A program made the translations under genes and the position numbers. A model generated the notes under the pieces. The model was not told where the DNA came from. It ran no database searches and worked only from the letters and a program-made list of their open reading frames with translations. Shown here in pieces: positions 12,338 to 24,479 of a DNA stretch of 64,000 bases (its first letter is position 1; the number at the start of each line of letters is the position of its first letter). The stretch comes from Octopus sinensis. Lineage: Eukaryota. The stretch spans positions 13,764,001 through 13,828,000 of the forward strand of contig NC_043006.1 of the NCBI RefSeq assembly GCF_006345805.1, written 5' to 3'.

Positions 12338-13649
12338 CGCCCACATAGTGTATACTGTGACAACTGAGAGGGAAAGGGTCGCAGGTAACCCACTACACAG
12401 AAAAGTTTGTAGACAGCCTGGCTGGCTTCGAATTTGCAGGAATCTAAGAACTATAAGGAGAATATTATTTTTGACCAGTAAACACCTATTTATTGCCAAC
12501 CTGACGTAGCTGAAAGCAGATACGAGAATCTAAAGAGATAACAGGGTCAGGGATAGAGGGGTCAAAGGCTATCATCAAATGGAAATACATTAAGAGAAAA
12601 TAAGTGCTATACTAGCAAGAGGTCATTTAAATTTATTTATTTATTACTGTTACTGTCTTAAATTGTTGTCGTTACTATCTATACATTGACAGACTACAGG
12701 TCAATACTTAGAAGTCAGTTTACAAGGTGTGAGGGAATTGCTTATTATATTGAAATTTCTTATACTACTTTCAAGGGAGCAGCATTACTTATTTAATTTT
12801 GTAATAGAATTATGAAGCCTTAGTAACTTATTTTATTTAAGTTGTGTTACCTAAATTAGATTAAATTAAAATTTAAAAATTAAAAAATTAAAATTTAAAA
12901 TTAACTATAAAGTCAATTAAAACTTCATTTAAGCAACGTACAAGTACTATTTGTTTCTTTGTGTTCAAAATCAGGTGCAGTTATAAGAAAGAGATAACTG
13001 TAGTGTGAGAGCTCGCAGTTATCTACTTAAAAAAATTAAAGTTATGCTATACTATTAAAAAACAAGCTAGATCTATCTATCTATCTTCTTACGATTATTC
13101 TATACGGTTATTCATTTAAATATTTAGAGTCTTCAATTTTGCGTGGACACAAAATTGACCTAATTCAATATGGTTATTTAACAAACCCTTATTCTTTCTA
13201 TGCTTTAGAATTTCATCATACGTCTCCATGGAGTCAGAGTTGGCAACCAACCCTGTATTTTTATACGGCATTGCTTTTCTAACTATTTCCCATTAAGGTT
13301 ATAAATTACTATTATTATTTTTGAGTTCCCAGATCTTATTTGAAAGTGTGGTGGTACCAGCTTTATGACGTAATTTAAAAGATGAGATGTGGTTTCTAAC
13401 TCTATCCTTAAAATTTACCGTACAACCAATGTAAAAAAAATTGTTATTCTCAGTAGATATGGTACATTTAGATAGATTACGTTACTTACCCCGCATAGAC
13501 CAGGTGCCGGGCATTTGACTTAATTCTACACTTACACGCAGGAGGATCAACTTCAGATGTTTGGATTATTCATGGAGGATGTCTCATGTTCCTGTTATTT
13601 TGATTATCATGAGTATAATTATCTTTATTATTATTATTATTATTAATTG

Positions 13650-13738
<89 letters not shown>

Positions 13739-13838
13739 GTTAATAGAAACATGAACAAAGAGAACCACAACAACCGAGGACGTGAACAATTATAGTGTTA
13801 TTGGACACTCAGGAAAGGAAAGAAAGGATTTAACGTTC

Positions 13839-13884
<46 letters not shown>

Positions 13885-14056
13885 TTAAAAATACCTTATG
13901 AATGAGAACCCAGGTTCGATATTTCCCTAAGACGCCTGATGAAGGCTTGAGGGTATATCAGCCGAAACGTTGTGTTAACAACAAACAAGCTGAGGACAAA
14001 AATCCGTCGAATGTAAATAATGTACATAATTCCTCATCTCTTAAATATAGAATTGT
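13885..14056 (+). mobile_element. Penelope-like terminal repeat fragment containing a minimal hammerhead
   Basis: Inverted copy at 23812-23985; contains CCTGATGAAGGC..GCCGAAACGTT. Confidence 0.7.
13931..13976 (+). ncRNA. Minimal type-I hammerhead motif (palindromic helix III)
   Basis: GACGC-CUGAUGA-A-GGCU..AGCC-GAAAC-GUU-GUGUU. Confidence 0.55.
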
Positions 14057-14118
14057 AATTAAATATTATTTTACAGAATAATAGAATTAAAATTTCTTTG
14101 AATAAAACCCTTTCTAAC

Positions 14119-15192
14119 ATGGAAGTATCCAAAGAGCATTTGAGGCACATAATGGTTTATGAGTACAACAATGGAAACTCTGCAGCCCAAGAGGCTCTAA
14201 ACAGACTCAGTTTATGAGAAAGAATGCTTGAATGAAAGAACTTGCAGAAGATGGTTTGCAAAATTCAGAAGGTGAAGATCGAACAGGACGTCCAGTTGAG
14301 TTTGATGATAAGGTCCTCGTGGCATTACTTGAAGAAAATCCTGCATTACCAGTTGAAGAATTGGCAATAAAGCTTAGTTCAAACCATACAGCTGTTCATT
14401 GTCATCTTCAACAAATTGGAAAGGTTCCTAAGCTTGGAAAATGTGTGTCTCATGATTTGTCCGAAAGCAACTGCAAATCCCAAGTTGACATCTGCTCTTC
14501 TCTCCATTCTCGCGATAGACTTGTGACTGGTGGCGAAAAAATGGATCTATCGAAATGTTAAACGTCGTAAACAGTGGCTTGGTAAAAAGGAAAAAGCTCA
14601 ACCACAACCGAGAAGGGAACTTCATGGAAAAAAGTTTCTTCTCTCTATCAGGTGGGATTGCAAAGGAATAATTTACTTTGAATTGTTACCATCTAATGCA
14701 ACAATCAATGCTCAAGTCTACTGTCAGCAATTAGAGTGTTTGAACCAAGCTTTGAAGAAGAAAAAAAAATGCTTTAGTGAATCGAAAAGCAGTGATATTT
14801 CATCAGTGATATTTCATCAGGACAATGCGCGACCCCACACTGCAAAGATCGCATCGCAGAAGATCGAAGAGCTTGGTTGGGAAAAAATTTATCATCCACC
14901 TTATTCTCCCGACATTGCTCCTTCAGACTACCATTTGTTTCGTAGCTTACAGAATGATTTGGGAGACATAACTTTCGCAAGCCGAGAGGAGGTCGAAACT
15001 GACATTTCAGAGTTCTTCGCTTTGAAACCAAGAGTGTTACAGTGATGGTATTAAAAAGCTTGTAAATAGATGGAAGGAAGCGATATATAATCAGGGAAAG
15101 TACATTGATGATTGAATTCCAATTAAATATAACATTTGATCACTTGTTTTCTTTATTCAAAATTCGGACAGAACATATGGGATGACCTGATA
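14119..15192 (+). mobile_element. Mariner (DD34D) transposase pseudogene with right TIR
   Basis: ATG at 14119 (MEVSKEHLRHIM), EDRTGRP, VTG(G)EKW, HQDNARPH, HPPYSPDIAPSDYHLF; frameshifts and stops; right end ...GATGACCTGA|TA; left TIR not seen. Confidence 0.9.
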
Positions 15193-15311
15193 TTTATAAC
15201 TGGCGTCGAGAAGATGTCCTAGTATGGCTGCAATCTAATGACTAAAACAAATAAGAAGATTAAAAAATAGGAAGAAAAGTTATATATACATATATACATA
15301 TATATATATAT

Positions 15312-15345
<34 letters not shown>

Positions 15346-15706
15346 GCATCTATATATCATTGAATATGTTGTCTTTAAGTGTATGTATTACATACGTACG
15401 TACATACATGATGGCTGCCCCCTCGTTATCAACTATGGCCATTGACATACATAGATATATACATACATACATAAATATAAGTATGTAGATATACAAATTG
15501 AAGGGGAAATTGCTGAATATGTAGAATTAATAACAGTCATTGTAACAAACATTGTCAGCGACCTCTCTGCGAAATGTCTTTGATCCGTTGCTGTCAATTC
15601 GCCTTGAAAAGTACTTCCATTAAATACGGAGTAACGGAGATGTAGAATTTCGGTTTTGAATAAAAATGTGTGCGTATACGAGAATGTGAATGAGAGAGAG
15701 AGAGAG

Positions 15707-15746
<40 letters not shown>

Positions 15747-15769
15747 CGCGTGCAATTCGTTTAAGATAT

Positions 15770-16245
15770 TTGGCTTCAGTCTTTAAGGTAAGAAGTTTCC
15801 TCTCTAACCATATGGTTCCTGGTTCATTCCCTTACCGTGATATCTTAGGTGAGTGTCTTCTACGATAGCCTCGGGCCGATGAAAAGCTTCAAACTGAATT
15901 TGGTAGACGGAAACTGAAGGAATCCCGTCATATATAAATAAATATATATATATATACATATATATATACGTGTGTGCATGTGTGTGTGCGTGTGTGCATG
16001 CGTGTATGTATATGTGTGTGTGTGTCTGTCTGTCTGTTTCAATGTCTTTTTGTCCCCGACTACCGTCGGACAGCTGGTGTTCTTGTGATTATGTCCCCGT
16101 CGCATAGCACTTCGACAATAGACACCGATAGAGTAAATACCAATCTTAAAATGAAAGTAAGTACTGGGGTCGATTAATTGGACTAAAATTTTCCCAAAGC
16201 GGTGCCCCAGCATGGCCGCAGTCTAATGAATGAAACAAGACACAG
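15770..16245 (+). mobile_element. SINE family A (diverged)
   Basis: Head, internal microsatellite and 3' half as in other copies. Confidence 0.75.
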
Positions 16246-16499
16246 CGAATAAATGATACGGAAACGTACACATCGAGCGTCTATTTTTTTTTCGATCATA
16301 CCAACAGAGTAATTTAGGCTTGAACGTATTTTAAAATGGCACTTAATTAGTCGAAATCTATTTATCGAACCTCTAGTTTCCGAGACATTCACCGTCACAA
16401 ATATATACAGAGCCGGGTTTTAGCAAATATACACACGGGCTTGTACACAGACACCTAAATACACACACACAAACATAAATATATACTCGAGTGAATATA

Positions 16500-16894
16500 T
16501 CTTTATATATAAAAGAGAGGTTGTGTGCTGTCTGTCTCCTACGATTTAGATTCCTAACTACTCCCACATTTTGCGGTGCAGTGTAACCAAAACCGGGTAT
16601 CTTATAGTCGTGATTCATATCGAGCCCTTCTGGGTAGTAGCGCGCGTCTACGATGAGTCTACGAGTTAAAAAAATTTGCCAACAACATTTGCCATTTTTC
16701 ATGCATTTTTGGCATATATAAGGGAAGTAACTCTCTAAAAATGTATTATTAAATCTCAGAACGTAAAAAGCTACAATAACAACCCCCCCTTTGTGGTTAG
16801 CCATATTGAGATGGCTATTATACTTTACATCTCTAAAAATGCTTATATAGTTATTTCCCTTACAAACCCGAGCAACGCCGGGCGATACTGCTAG
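16500..16894 (+). mobile_element. Non-autonomous Helitron
   Basis: A|TC start, CCCGAGCAACGCCGGG hairpin, CTAG|T end; same family as 6330. Confidence 0.9.
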
Positions 16895-16930
16895 TATATA
16901 TTTATATGTATGTATGTACGTGAGTGTCTG

Positions 16931-16970
<40 letters not shown>

Positions 16971-17290
16971 TGTTTGTATGTATGTATGTATGTATGTATG
17001 TATAAATACCTATGTATATATTTATGAAAAAGAAGAACGAAAATGGTACTTCTTAAAAATTAGGTACATTTAAATGTCTATATATAAATACATTAAATGA
17101 ATGTTTTTGTTTTACGTGTTTCGGTTGTTTATAACCCTTATCAAAAATATTTACTTAAATGAAATATGTACAGAAAAAAGATTATTAATAAAATAAACGC
17201 TCATAGTTTCCATCGGGCTCTTTTGCCGAACCGCTAAGTTACGTAGATGTAAACACACCTGCATCGGTTGTCAAGTGATGGTGAGGACAA

Positions 17291-17367
<77 letters not shown>

Positions 17368-17884
17368 AATTAATAAATAAATAAAACATATGCATATATA
17401 CATACATATACGTACGTACCTACCTCTACCTGTATATATACATGCATATGTGGGTACAGGACACCAAATAAACGTCGAACACAATGAGAAACGAAAATAT
17501 AAACACAAAACCAAGAAAATGGACATTTTTCTTAAACAACGAAAAAATAGAGTACAGGACATACAAAACAAGGAAAATTCCCTTTCTTCAGTCGCCTTTG
17601 TTTCATCTACTCCACGTTTCGAAGGTCAAGGCGACTTACATGACTTTAATGAAACAATCCTTCCCGCGAAAATCAAATTAAATAAAATCAAATTTGAGAT
17701 TTTTTTGCGGAGGGGTAAAAATGGTAACAAAAACAGGACAGTAACGACAGTACAAAATATAAACAGTAAAAGACAAGACAAGGAGAATAACAGTTACACA
17801 AGCAAGAACGGCTGTTAAGCCGAACGAGATAATTTTTTTTTCTACGACGGGCTTCTTTCATTTCCCACCTAGCAGATCCCCTCA

Positions 17885-18130
17885 CAAGGCTTGGTTGGTT
17901 TCCTTACAAGATACAGTTATGGGTCAGATCTGATTTTGATTCGTTAAAAAATTGATGACGTTTTTCTTCCGTGGTCAAACTAGTTGTTCTGCTTGGTTAG
18001 CCACCTTACAGGATACAGTTATGGGCCAGATCTGATTTTGAATCGTTAAAAAATTGATGACGTTTTTTTTTCTGTGGTCAAGCTTGTCGTTCTGCTTGGT
18101 TCGTTTCCTAACAGGATACAGTTATGGGTC
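17885..18130. repeat. Tandem repeat, ~102-bp unit, ~2.3 copies
   Basis: CCT.ACA.GATACAGTTATGGG at 17902, 18004 and 18107. Confidence 0.85.
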
Positions 18131-18617
18131 TTTTCCTTATATTCGTTGAAGCTGGGTTTTGATTGGTTTGGAATTATATGACGTCAGTGAACAGTGCCAG
18201 AGACCACGGCTACTGCTGCTGTCACAGCCACAGCTTAGCTGATATAACCCCAACCACCACCAAAATTACCAAATATACGACCAACAGACGACGACAAAAG
18301 AATCACTACTGTTGCTTCTATTGGAACACAAGGTAAAATCTATAATGAACTTCTCCACTACACTCGACAAAACAGTAAGGAACGACTATGGATTTTTTCT
18401 ATTATACTCTTTATAATATATTTGATAAGGTTCGCCTTTTTAAGAACATGGATACTATTGAATGTATATAGCATGGATTCTATTGAATGTATGTAACAAT
18501 TATGAACTGTTCCATTATACTGTTTATTATAAATTCTATTGATAAGGTTCGTTATTTCAAGAACCGAAACATGTAAAATTAAAATTTATCTAATATAGTG
18601 GCGTTTTCAAACTTCTT

Positions 18618-18693
<76 letters not shown>

Positions 18694-19337
18694 TATATAT
18701 ATATATATATAGCTAATAGAGATGGATCATCAATCCGGCAAAATACTTCATAAGTTCTCTGTTAGCACACCAGGCTAACAATATTATTTAAGTTTAGTGA
18801 AGAACTCCAGGTATTCTTGTGGCAGGTTGGAAGGTTATGGGTCATCACAATTCTATATAGTAAATCAATGGTTGGGCTCCAGATAAAGCAGTTTTTACAC
18901 AGAATCATACATATACAAGTTTAAAATATTGGTCATTACATATTTTTACATAACTAGAGCAAATTTGTCTTACATCTGTTTCAAGTAGTCTTTATAGGTA
19001 CATTAGTGATATGTTTACTCAATTGGTAAATTGATCAATTCAGAAAAACTGAACTCCCTAAAAAAATTTATGCTACTTCTCGTCAGATATATCCAGAAAT
19101 GGCTCTGACAAAAGTAGCATATAATTTTTTAGGTCGTCTAATTTTTGTAAATTGATCAATAGACTAATTGAGTAAGTATATCAGTAATGTACCTATAATG
19201 ACTACTGGAAACAGCTATAAGTCAAATCTGCTTCAAATAAAGGGAAAATATGTAATGACCATTATTTTGAACTTATTATGTGTGTATATGTGTGTGTGTG
19301 CGTGCGTGTATGTTCCTGTGTATACATACTATATATG

Positions 19338-19369
<32 letters not shown>

Positions 19370-19479
19370 TGTATGTATGTATGTATGTATGTATGTATGT
19401 GTGGTCTCTTATATGTAAGTATATATATACATAAATAAATATATTTATATATATATTTAAATAAATAAATAAATACACG

Positions 19480-19586
<107 letters not shown>

Positions 19587-21023
19587 TGAATATTTTAATC
19601 ACTTACCATGAAGGGAATAGAGCAGAATGAAGAGAGAGGAAGAAATGGGGGCAGAAAGAAAGAGAAAGGGAGAGAGAAAGTGCGAAGAACTTCTTTCTGC
19701 TGTTTATTCTACATATAGACATTTCCTCCGATGTTATTCCGAAATCAAATAATAATTGTCCAATTTCAAAGATATATTCTTTGCCAAAGGTATACTTACC
19801 TTTTTGTTCCGTCAGACCTTCGTTGCACAGGTCTGTGGAACGCATTTATTAATAGCATTTGAATTTAAAGAATAATTATGTTTCAAAGAAAAATGAATCG
19901 TGTGTACGTAGTTATTTTGTTGCTTCGATCACAAGGGAAGTTGTTTATAATTGTTTGATAGTATTCGATGGGTGATCAAACGCTTCAAGTGGATAAAATT
20001 ACAACAATTACTTCTTCCTCTTTCATCCTTCGGGTAGAGCTCTCTAAAATTCTCCGTCTCTTCTCTTTCTTTTATTTAGCCATATTCGGGATTAAATCTA
20101 TCTTCTGATTGCTGGAAACTGCAATTAACTATAAGGTTGAGATTGTGCTTCTTTTTTTTGCCTCCGCTGATCAGACATTTGCTGATGTACATTACGCTCA
20201 AGAGAATGTAGGTCATAATTAAGTTTGCATCTTATTTATATCGAATAGAGTTTAATTTTACCACTTAGCCCGGTGCAGAAAATCTGAATGAGTACCAGAA
20301 AGAGAAAAAGAAAAGAGGAGAGAGAGAGAGAGAGGAGAGAGAGGGAGAGAGAGGGAGAGAAAGGGATAGAGAGAGGGAGAGAGGATAAAGAGGAGAAAAA
20401 GGAACACAAATGTTTCATGTTCTTATTTTTATAAACATTCATAGTTTTGCTTAATATTATTAATCAAAAGATAAGTAAGAATTTTAGTAAGTATTATTTC
20501 AGCAAAGTTGTGTAAAAGCTAATGTGCAAAGAATTTCCTTTTTTAGTCGGAGTAAATACCATTTAAGTAACCCAGTGCTGCAGGCAAAACATTTCTAACG
20601 CTCTGAAGAGTTAGAATAAAATATGTTACAACAAAACGAAGTGAGAAAGGAGCATGCAGTTGTTGACACAAAGAGATCTACGACCTAAAAAGCAAATACC
20701 TATAGAAAGACATTTTCCAGAGGATTGATGTTACCCATGAGTAAAAGAAAAAGTGATTACGGGTAGTCCTTCAGCTCAACAGCATTACCAGCATGTATAA
20801 AAAAAAAACAACACTTTCAAAATACATTTGGAAATTAAGAAACAAAATATCGAATATGCTACAGGTAGTCGGGGAAAGGTTGAAAACCCTGTCAACTTTA
20901 TCTCACAAGGAATTATCATATCATCTACCATCATAATTCGACCTTAAATGAAAAAATGTACTAATTTTGACTTAGCTTCAAATATCAAAAATGCTCCTTA
21001 AAAATTTCAAACAAACCTACAGA

Positions 21024-21203
21024 GAATACAGTTCTATATTTAAGAGATGAGGAATTATGTACATTATTTACATTATTTACATTTGACGGATCCATTACAA
21101 CCGTTGGAAAAAACATCAACTAAACAAACAAGATGAGGACAAATATCCGTCAGATGTAAATAATGTACATAATTCCTCATCTCTTAAATATAGAACTGTA
21201 TTA
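21024..21203. repeat. Inverted repeat of the Penelope-like terminal sequence
   Basis: ACAGTTCTATATTTAAGAGATGAGGAATTATGTACATT..GACGGAT faces its reverse complement across a ~53-bp spacer; same terminus as 14000-14056. Confidence 0.8.
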
Positions 21204-21872
21204 TCTAATCGGTAAGGAGCCAACATTAGACTTCGATGGAGACATATAGAGAAACTCCATCAAAAGCTTGCTCGTCTTTCAAACGATCTTTCTTGTGTAG
21301 ATGTAGAGACTCAAATCTAACACAACCTGTCTTGAATATAATGACACCAGTCGAGTCTGATAAAGCTAAAAGAGTAGTGGAAAGGGCAGGAATCCCTCGT
21401 TCGTGAGAAGACCCATTACAACCGTTGGAAAAAGCATCACCCACCAAACAAGACGAGGACAAATATTGTCAAATGTAAATAATGTAAATAATGAACTCTA
21501 CAGAGGCATGACAGATATCATCCGATGACTAATAACGGCTAGGGTTCAGTTATCTCTTATCAAACTCGCTGATGTGTACGGTCGACAAAACAAAACATCC
21601 GTTAAATTTACGCAGTTCCTTTTTATCACGTATCAATTAGAACAACACCCCCCCCCCACACACACACACACGCACATACAGGCATAGATACCCAGATATA
21701 CAACCTCTCAAAAAGGCTGATTGGCTTAAAGCTTCATTTCGGAATCAAGAGTTTTCGTGTTTGATCTGTTTCTAGAAGCTCGATAATGTGTCATTAGTAC
21801 GGCTTCGGATTGATAAATCGTCTTTTGAGCGAAATTGGATAGATGGAAATTGTCGAGAACTCGTCATCTATC

Positions 21873-21955
<83 letters not shown>

Positions 21956-21958
21956 ATA

Positions 21959-21999
<41 letters not shown>

Positions 22000-22260
22000 C
22001 ATATTAAATTAGAGATAAAACCACTATTAGGCAAATCAAACAATGAAAAACTTAAGCCAATACATAAAATTAATTAATTTATATTATTTTAAATATACAT
22101 CAAAAGTATTAAAAGTTTAAGGAAAAATTATAATAAGGCAGAATGCTAAATTGAAAGTAAGTTTTAATAAAAATGAGTGTATGGAAAATTAAAAAAGAAA
22201 AAATAATAAATCAATTCAGTTTTCATTGCAACGCAAATTTTCAATATTTGGAAGGGAAAA
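22000..22260 (+). repeat. Unclassified AT-rich interspersed repeat (ATTAGAGATAAAACCACT family)
   Basis: Related copies at ~45555-45915 and ~54405-54665, there as inverted pairs. Confidence 0.6.
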
Positions 22261-22264
22261 AAAT

Positions 22265-22306
<42 letters not shown>

Positions 22307-22310
22307 TCAG

Positions 22311-22359
<49 letters not shown>

Positions 22360-22386
22360 GTATGTATATGTGTATGTATGTATATG

Positions 22387-22771
22387 TTAGTTAGTTAGTT
22401 AATTTGGCTCAAAAGCAAATAGCAAGGCTATGTAGGGGGACATGGAGTTAAGTACAGGGTGGTGTTCATGTAAAGAGTTCAGGCCACTTGAGGTCCAGGG
22501 AGGCTTTGAACAAAGCGGTCGTCGGCATCTTCACCATCTCGTCTGGCAGCTTGTTCCACGGATCCGCAACCCGGACGGAGAAAGCTCCTCTCCTTCGATT
22601 AAGATGAAATCGTCGCAGGTCGAGCTTTTCGGAATGACCCCGCAGCCGACGCTCTGGAGCAGGACTGAAGAACAGCTCTTTCGAGAGGTTACACTTTCCG
22701 CTTATGATGTTGTGGGCGAGAATGAGATCACCACGGTGGCGGCGTTTTTCAAGAGAATAAAGGTCGAGCGT
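22387..22771 (-). mobile_element. CR1-clade LINE 3' fragment
   Basis: ORF 22466-22792 closely matches the C-terminus of the 10162 ORF; (TAAC)n tail. Confidence 0.9.
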
Positions 22772-23574
22772 CCTCAATGTATGTATATACATACGTTGGT
22801 GAAACTGAAAGTTTGTCTTGTCACCTGCGTTTCATGCCAATGTAATCATCAGCTAATAACTGAAAACTCGCCTGAAGTTCGCTGTAGTGCTAAATTCGTG
22901 TCTGGAGAAAAACCTATGCTTTATCTTAAATAATTAAACATATGTAGATATGTGTAAGTGTGTGCACTATCATATGCAGCATTTCTCCCCGGGGCCTCGA
23001 ATTAATATATATATAAAATAAACAAAAAAATGAGATTATCACATTTATCTCTTGGTTATGATCGTAACCAGGGAATAAATGTTATACTAGTATCTCCATT
23101 TTTCTGCTCAAACACAGCTTCCTGGACTTTCAGTTTGCGTGAAACACCGGGTTCTATATACGTACCTGCATAAATACATAAATGGATAGATAGACATAAA
23201 GATACGTACGTCCATAAAGACAAACATACATTCATACATACATACATACATACATACAAATATACATGCATACATACATACATACATACATAAATACATA
23301 CATGCATACATACATATATACATACATATGTATGTATGTATGTATGTATGCATGTATGTTTGTATGTATGTATGTATATATGTATATATGTATGTATGCA
23401 TGTATGTATTTATGTATGTATGTATGTATGAATGTATGTTTGTCTTTATGGACGAACGTACATACATACATACATACATACATACATACATACATACATA
23501 CATCCATCCATACATACATACATACATACATACATACATACATACAAGCATACATATCCCAAATTTAAATTCCG

Positions 23575-23760
23575 GAATACAGGAAAATATCTGTCTGGGA
23601 ACACATAGATAGATGTGCATCCAATAAATATCCCAAAATCACAACTTTTCCATTATACACATTCAAAGACAGTGCAGGCCAAAATGAACGCATTAGCAAG
23701 GAAATGCATTTCATAAGAAAGTATCGACCGAGTCTAAATTCTTTAAACTCGGAACACTGA
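23575..23760 (+). mobile_element. Probable Penelope-like GIY-YIG C-terminal fragment
   Basis: Frame reading CASNKYPKITTFPLYTFKDSAGQNERISKEMHFIRKYRPSLN resembles PLE endonuclease C-termini (R..KE..FI.K..P.LN). Confidence 0.5.
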
Positions 23761-23811
23761 AAATATATGTATATTATTCATAAGAAATAAAGATAAGAGA
23801 TTAAATAAATC

Positions 23812-23985
23812 CAGTTCTATATTTAAGAGATGGGGAATTATGTACATTGTTTATATTATTTACATTTGACGGATATTTGTCCTCATCTTGTTTGTTGTTA
23901 ACACAACCTTTCGGCTGATATACCCTCCAGCCTTCATCAGTTGTCTTGGAGAAATTTGGAACCTGGGTTCTCATTTTTAAGGTAT
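23812..23985 (-). mobile_element. Penelope-like terminal repeat with decayed hammerhead
   Basis: Reverse complement of 13885-14056; core CUGAUGA-A-GGCUG..CAGCC-GAAAG. Confidence 0.7.
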
Positions 23986-24479
23986 TTTCACCCACACACA
24001 TTTATATATTCATATATATGTTCATACATGCAAACACACATACATACAAATACACTCATAATACGTAGGTATATGCATACATACGCACGTACGTACATAC
24101 ATATGTACGTACACACATACATAAATACATAAATACATGCATACATTCATACAAATGTATACACACACAAGCGTATCAGCAAAATACCTTGTGTTGCCAG
24201 GGAAGAAAACTGAAAGGTTTAACGCTGACTTGTGTCGGTAAAATAAAATCTGTGGAGTGTCGGGCAAAATGTGTGGCCGTATTTGCTACGACTCCCTAAA
24301 TATTCAGTTCAAACCCTACCGTGTTCAACTTTGACTTCCGGCTTTTCACAGTTGATAAAATAAAGTATTAGTCGAGCCACAAGCTCTATATAGTCTGTAG
24401 TTACGTTAATATAGACGTTCCAAAATTATTTACTTCCATTATCATAAACCCCCCCCCCCCACGTGCGAAGCCTTTGCAG

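Noticed and set aside
13485-13600. Possible small exon with GTAAGT donors
   Set aside because: Stops in all three frames.
14119-15115. Active mariner transposase
   Set aside because: Frameshifts, stops, first catalytic Asp changed to Gly and no left TIR.
17555-17640. GAAAC...CUGAAGA on the minus strand (related repeat at ~49060-49140 on plus) as a type-II hammerhead
   Set aside because: The cleavage-site base would be G, helix I cannot be formed and helix II is not conserved between the two copies.
19600-19850. Minus-strand GTAAGT donor sites and a TDLCN-like peptide as host exons
   Set aside because: Weak acceptors, upstream stops and low-complexity content; unsupported without RNA data.
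20820-21020. Possible Penelope N-terminal coding remnant
   Set aside because: Only a vague motif resemblance with several stops.
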